Origin: Octopus vulgaris
Taxonomy: Eukaryota
Length of the DNA stretch: 64,000 bases
Direction: 5' to 3'
NCBI GenBank assembly: GCA_951406725.2
Contig: OX597833.1
Location: 56,792,001 to 56,856,000, forward strand
Shown: positions 63,278-64,000 of the stretch, piece by piece
Layout of the letters: each line of letters starts with the position of its first letter
Numbering within the stretch: position 1 is the first letter of the stretch
The notes under the pieces: model-generated
Told to the model about the DNA's origin: nothing
The model's input: only the letters and a program-made list of their open reading frames with translations
Databases searched by the model: none
Program-made: the position numbers and the translations under genes

Positions 63278-64000
63278 GTAAGTAAATGTGTGTTTATCTA
63301 TAATCTGCCTGTAACAATAATTTATTCAGAACTGAAAACAAAAGGGGAAAAATACTAAGCTAAATATCAAATGTCACTAAAATGGCAATGATGACAAATG
63401 CACCTAATGAAATGCATGAATATTGATGAAACATTATGGTAAGGAGGATAGCTTATAAAAGCAAAAACATTTTTTAAAAATCTTGATAAATATATCATGT
63501 TCAGATAAATCTAACATTGAAGCTTTCAAATCTAAACACAATATATTGATTAGCATATGGACTGAACAGCAGAATTCAGAGAATATTAACCTTGTTCGTT
63601 TTACAGATTCACTGTTGCCAGAAGGTAATTTTTATACCATTAATATGTCTACCAAATTATACAAGTGAACTGTAAATGAACCGTACGCTATCTTTGCTAT
63701 CTCATAATGGTTAGTCATTTAAGTCACGAGGGGAATTTTAAAAAAAAACAACTTTTTTTTGCCTATCTGTACAAGTGTACTTCTTGTTTGAGTCATAAAC
63801 ATTGTTAAATCACATATGTTACAAATATTACTGCATTATACCACATTTTAGATTCATGCATTTCAATGAATTATATTTCACAATGGTTTCTTTCACAAAT
63901 GACAACAGATGTTTCAGTGCTTTCCTTCAAATTTTGAAATAGTTGTAAATGTTTAAAAAAAAAAATTACATTAATAACATATTCAAAGCAATATATATAT

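Overview
AT-rich, microsatellite- and transposon-dense eukaryotic DNA. The SINE, RTE and MITE repertoire resembles an Octopus (coleoid cephalopod) genome; this is inferred from repeat recognition, not from a database hit. The only convincing host CDS is an uninterrupted 838-aa ORF on the minus strand (15192-17708). It encodes an acidic, low-complexity protein with an N-terminal MGC lipidation motif, a ULK1/ATG13-type LIR (EEDFVMV), AKAP-like amphipathic helices, six 11-mer repeats, four ETSVD repeats and an LPPPPPP Ena/VASP-type motif, followed by a long repeat-poor putative 3' UTR. The rest is mostly mobile DNA: tRNA-derived SINE families, CR1- and RTE-type LINE fragments, an internally deleted hAT element with TIRs and TSD, hAT/piggyBac/Merlin-like MITEs and a Helentron-like element. 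Two Penelope-type elements carry minimal hammerhead ribozymes with covarying stems. There is also a near-perfect 234-bp tandem duplication. A candidate 21/24-nt microexon on the plus strand hints that the window may lie in a long intron of a plus-strand host gene. All coordinates were read by eye and no searches were run.
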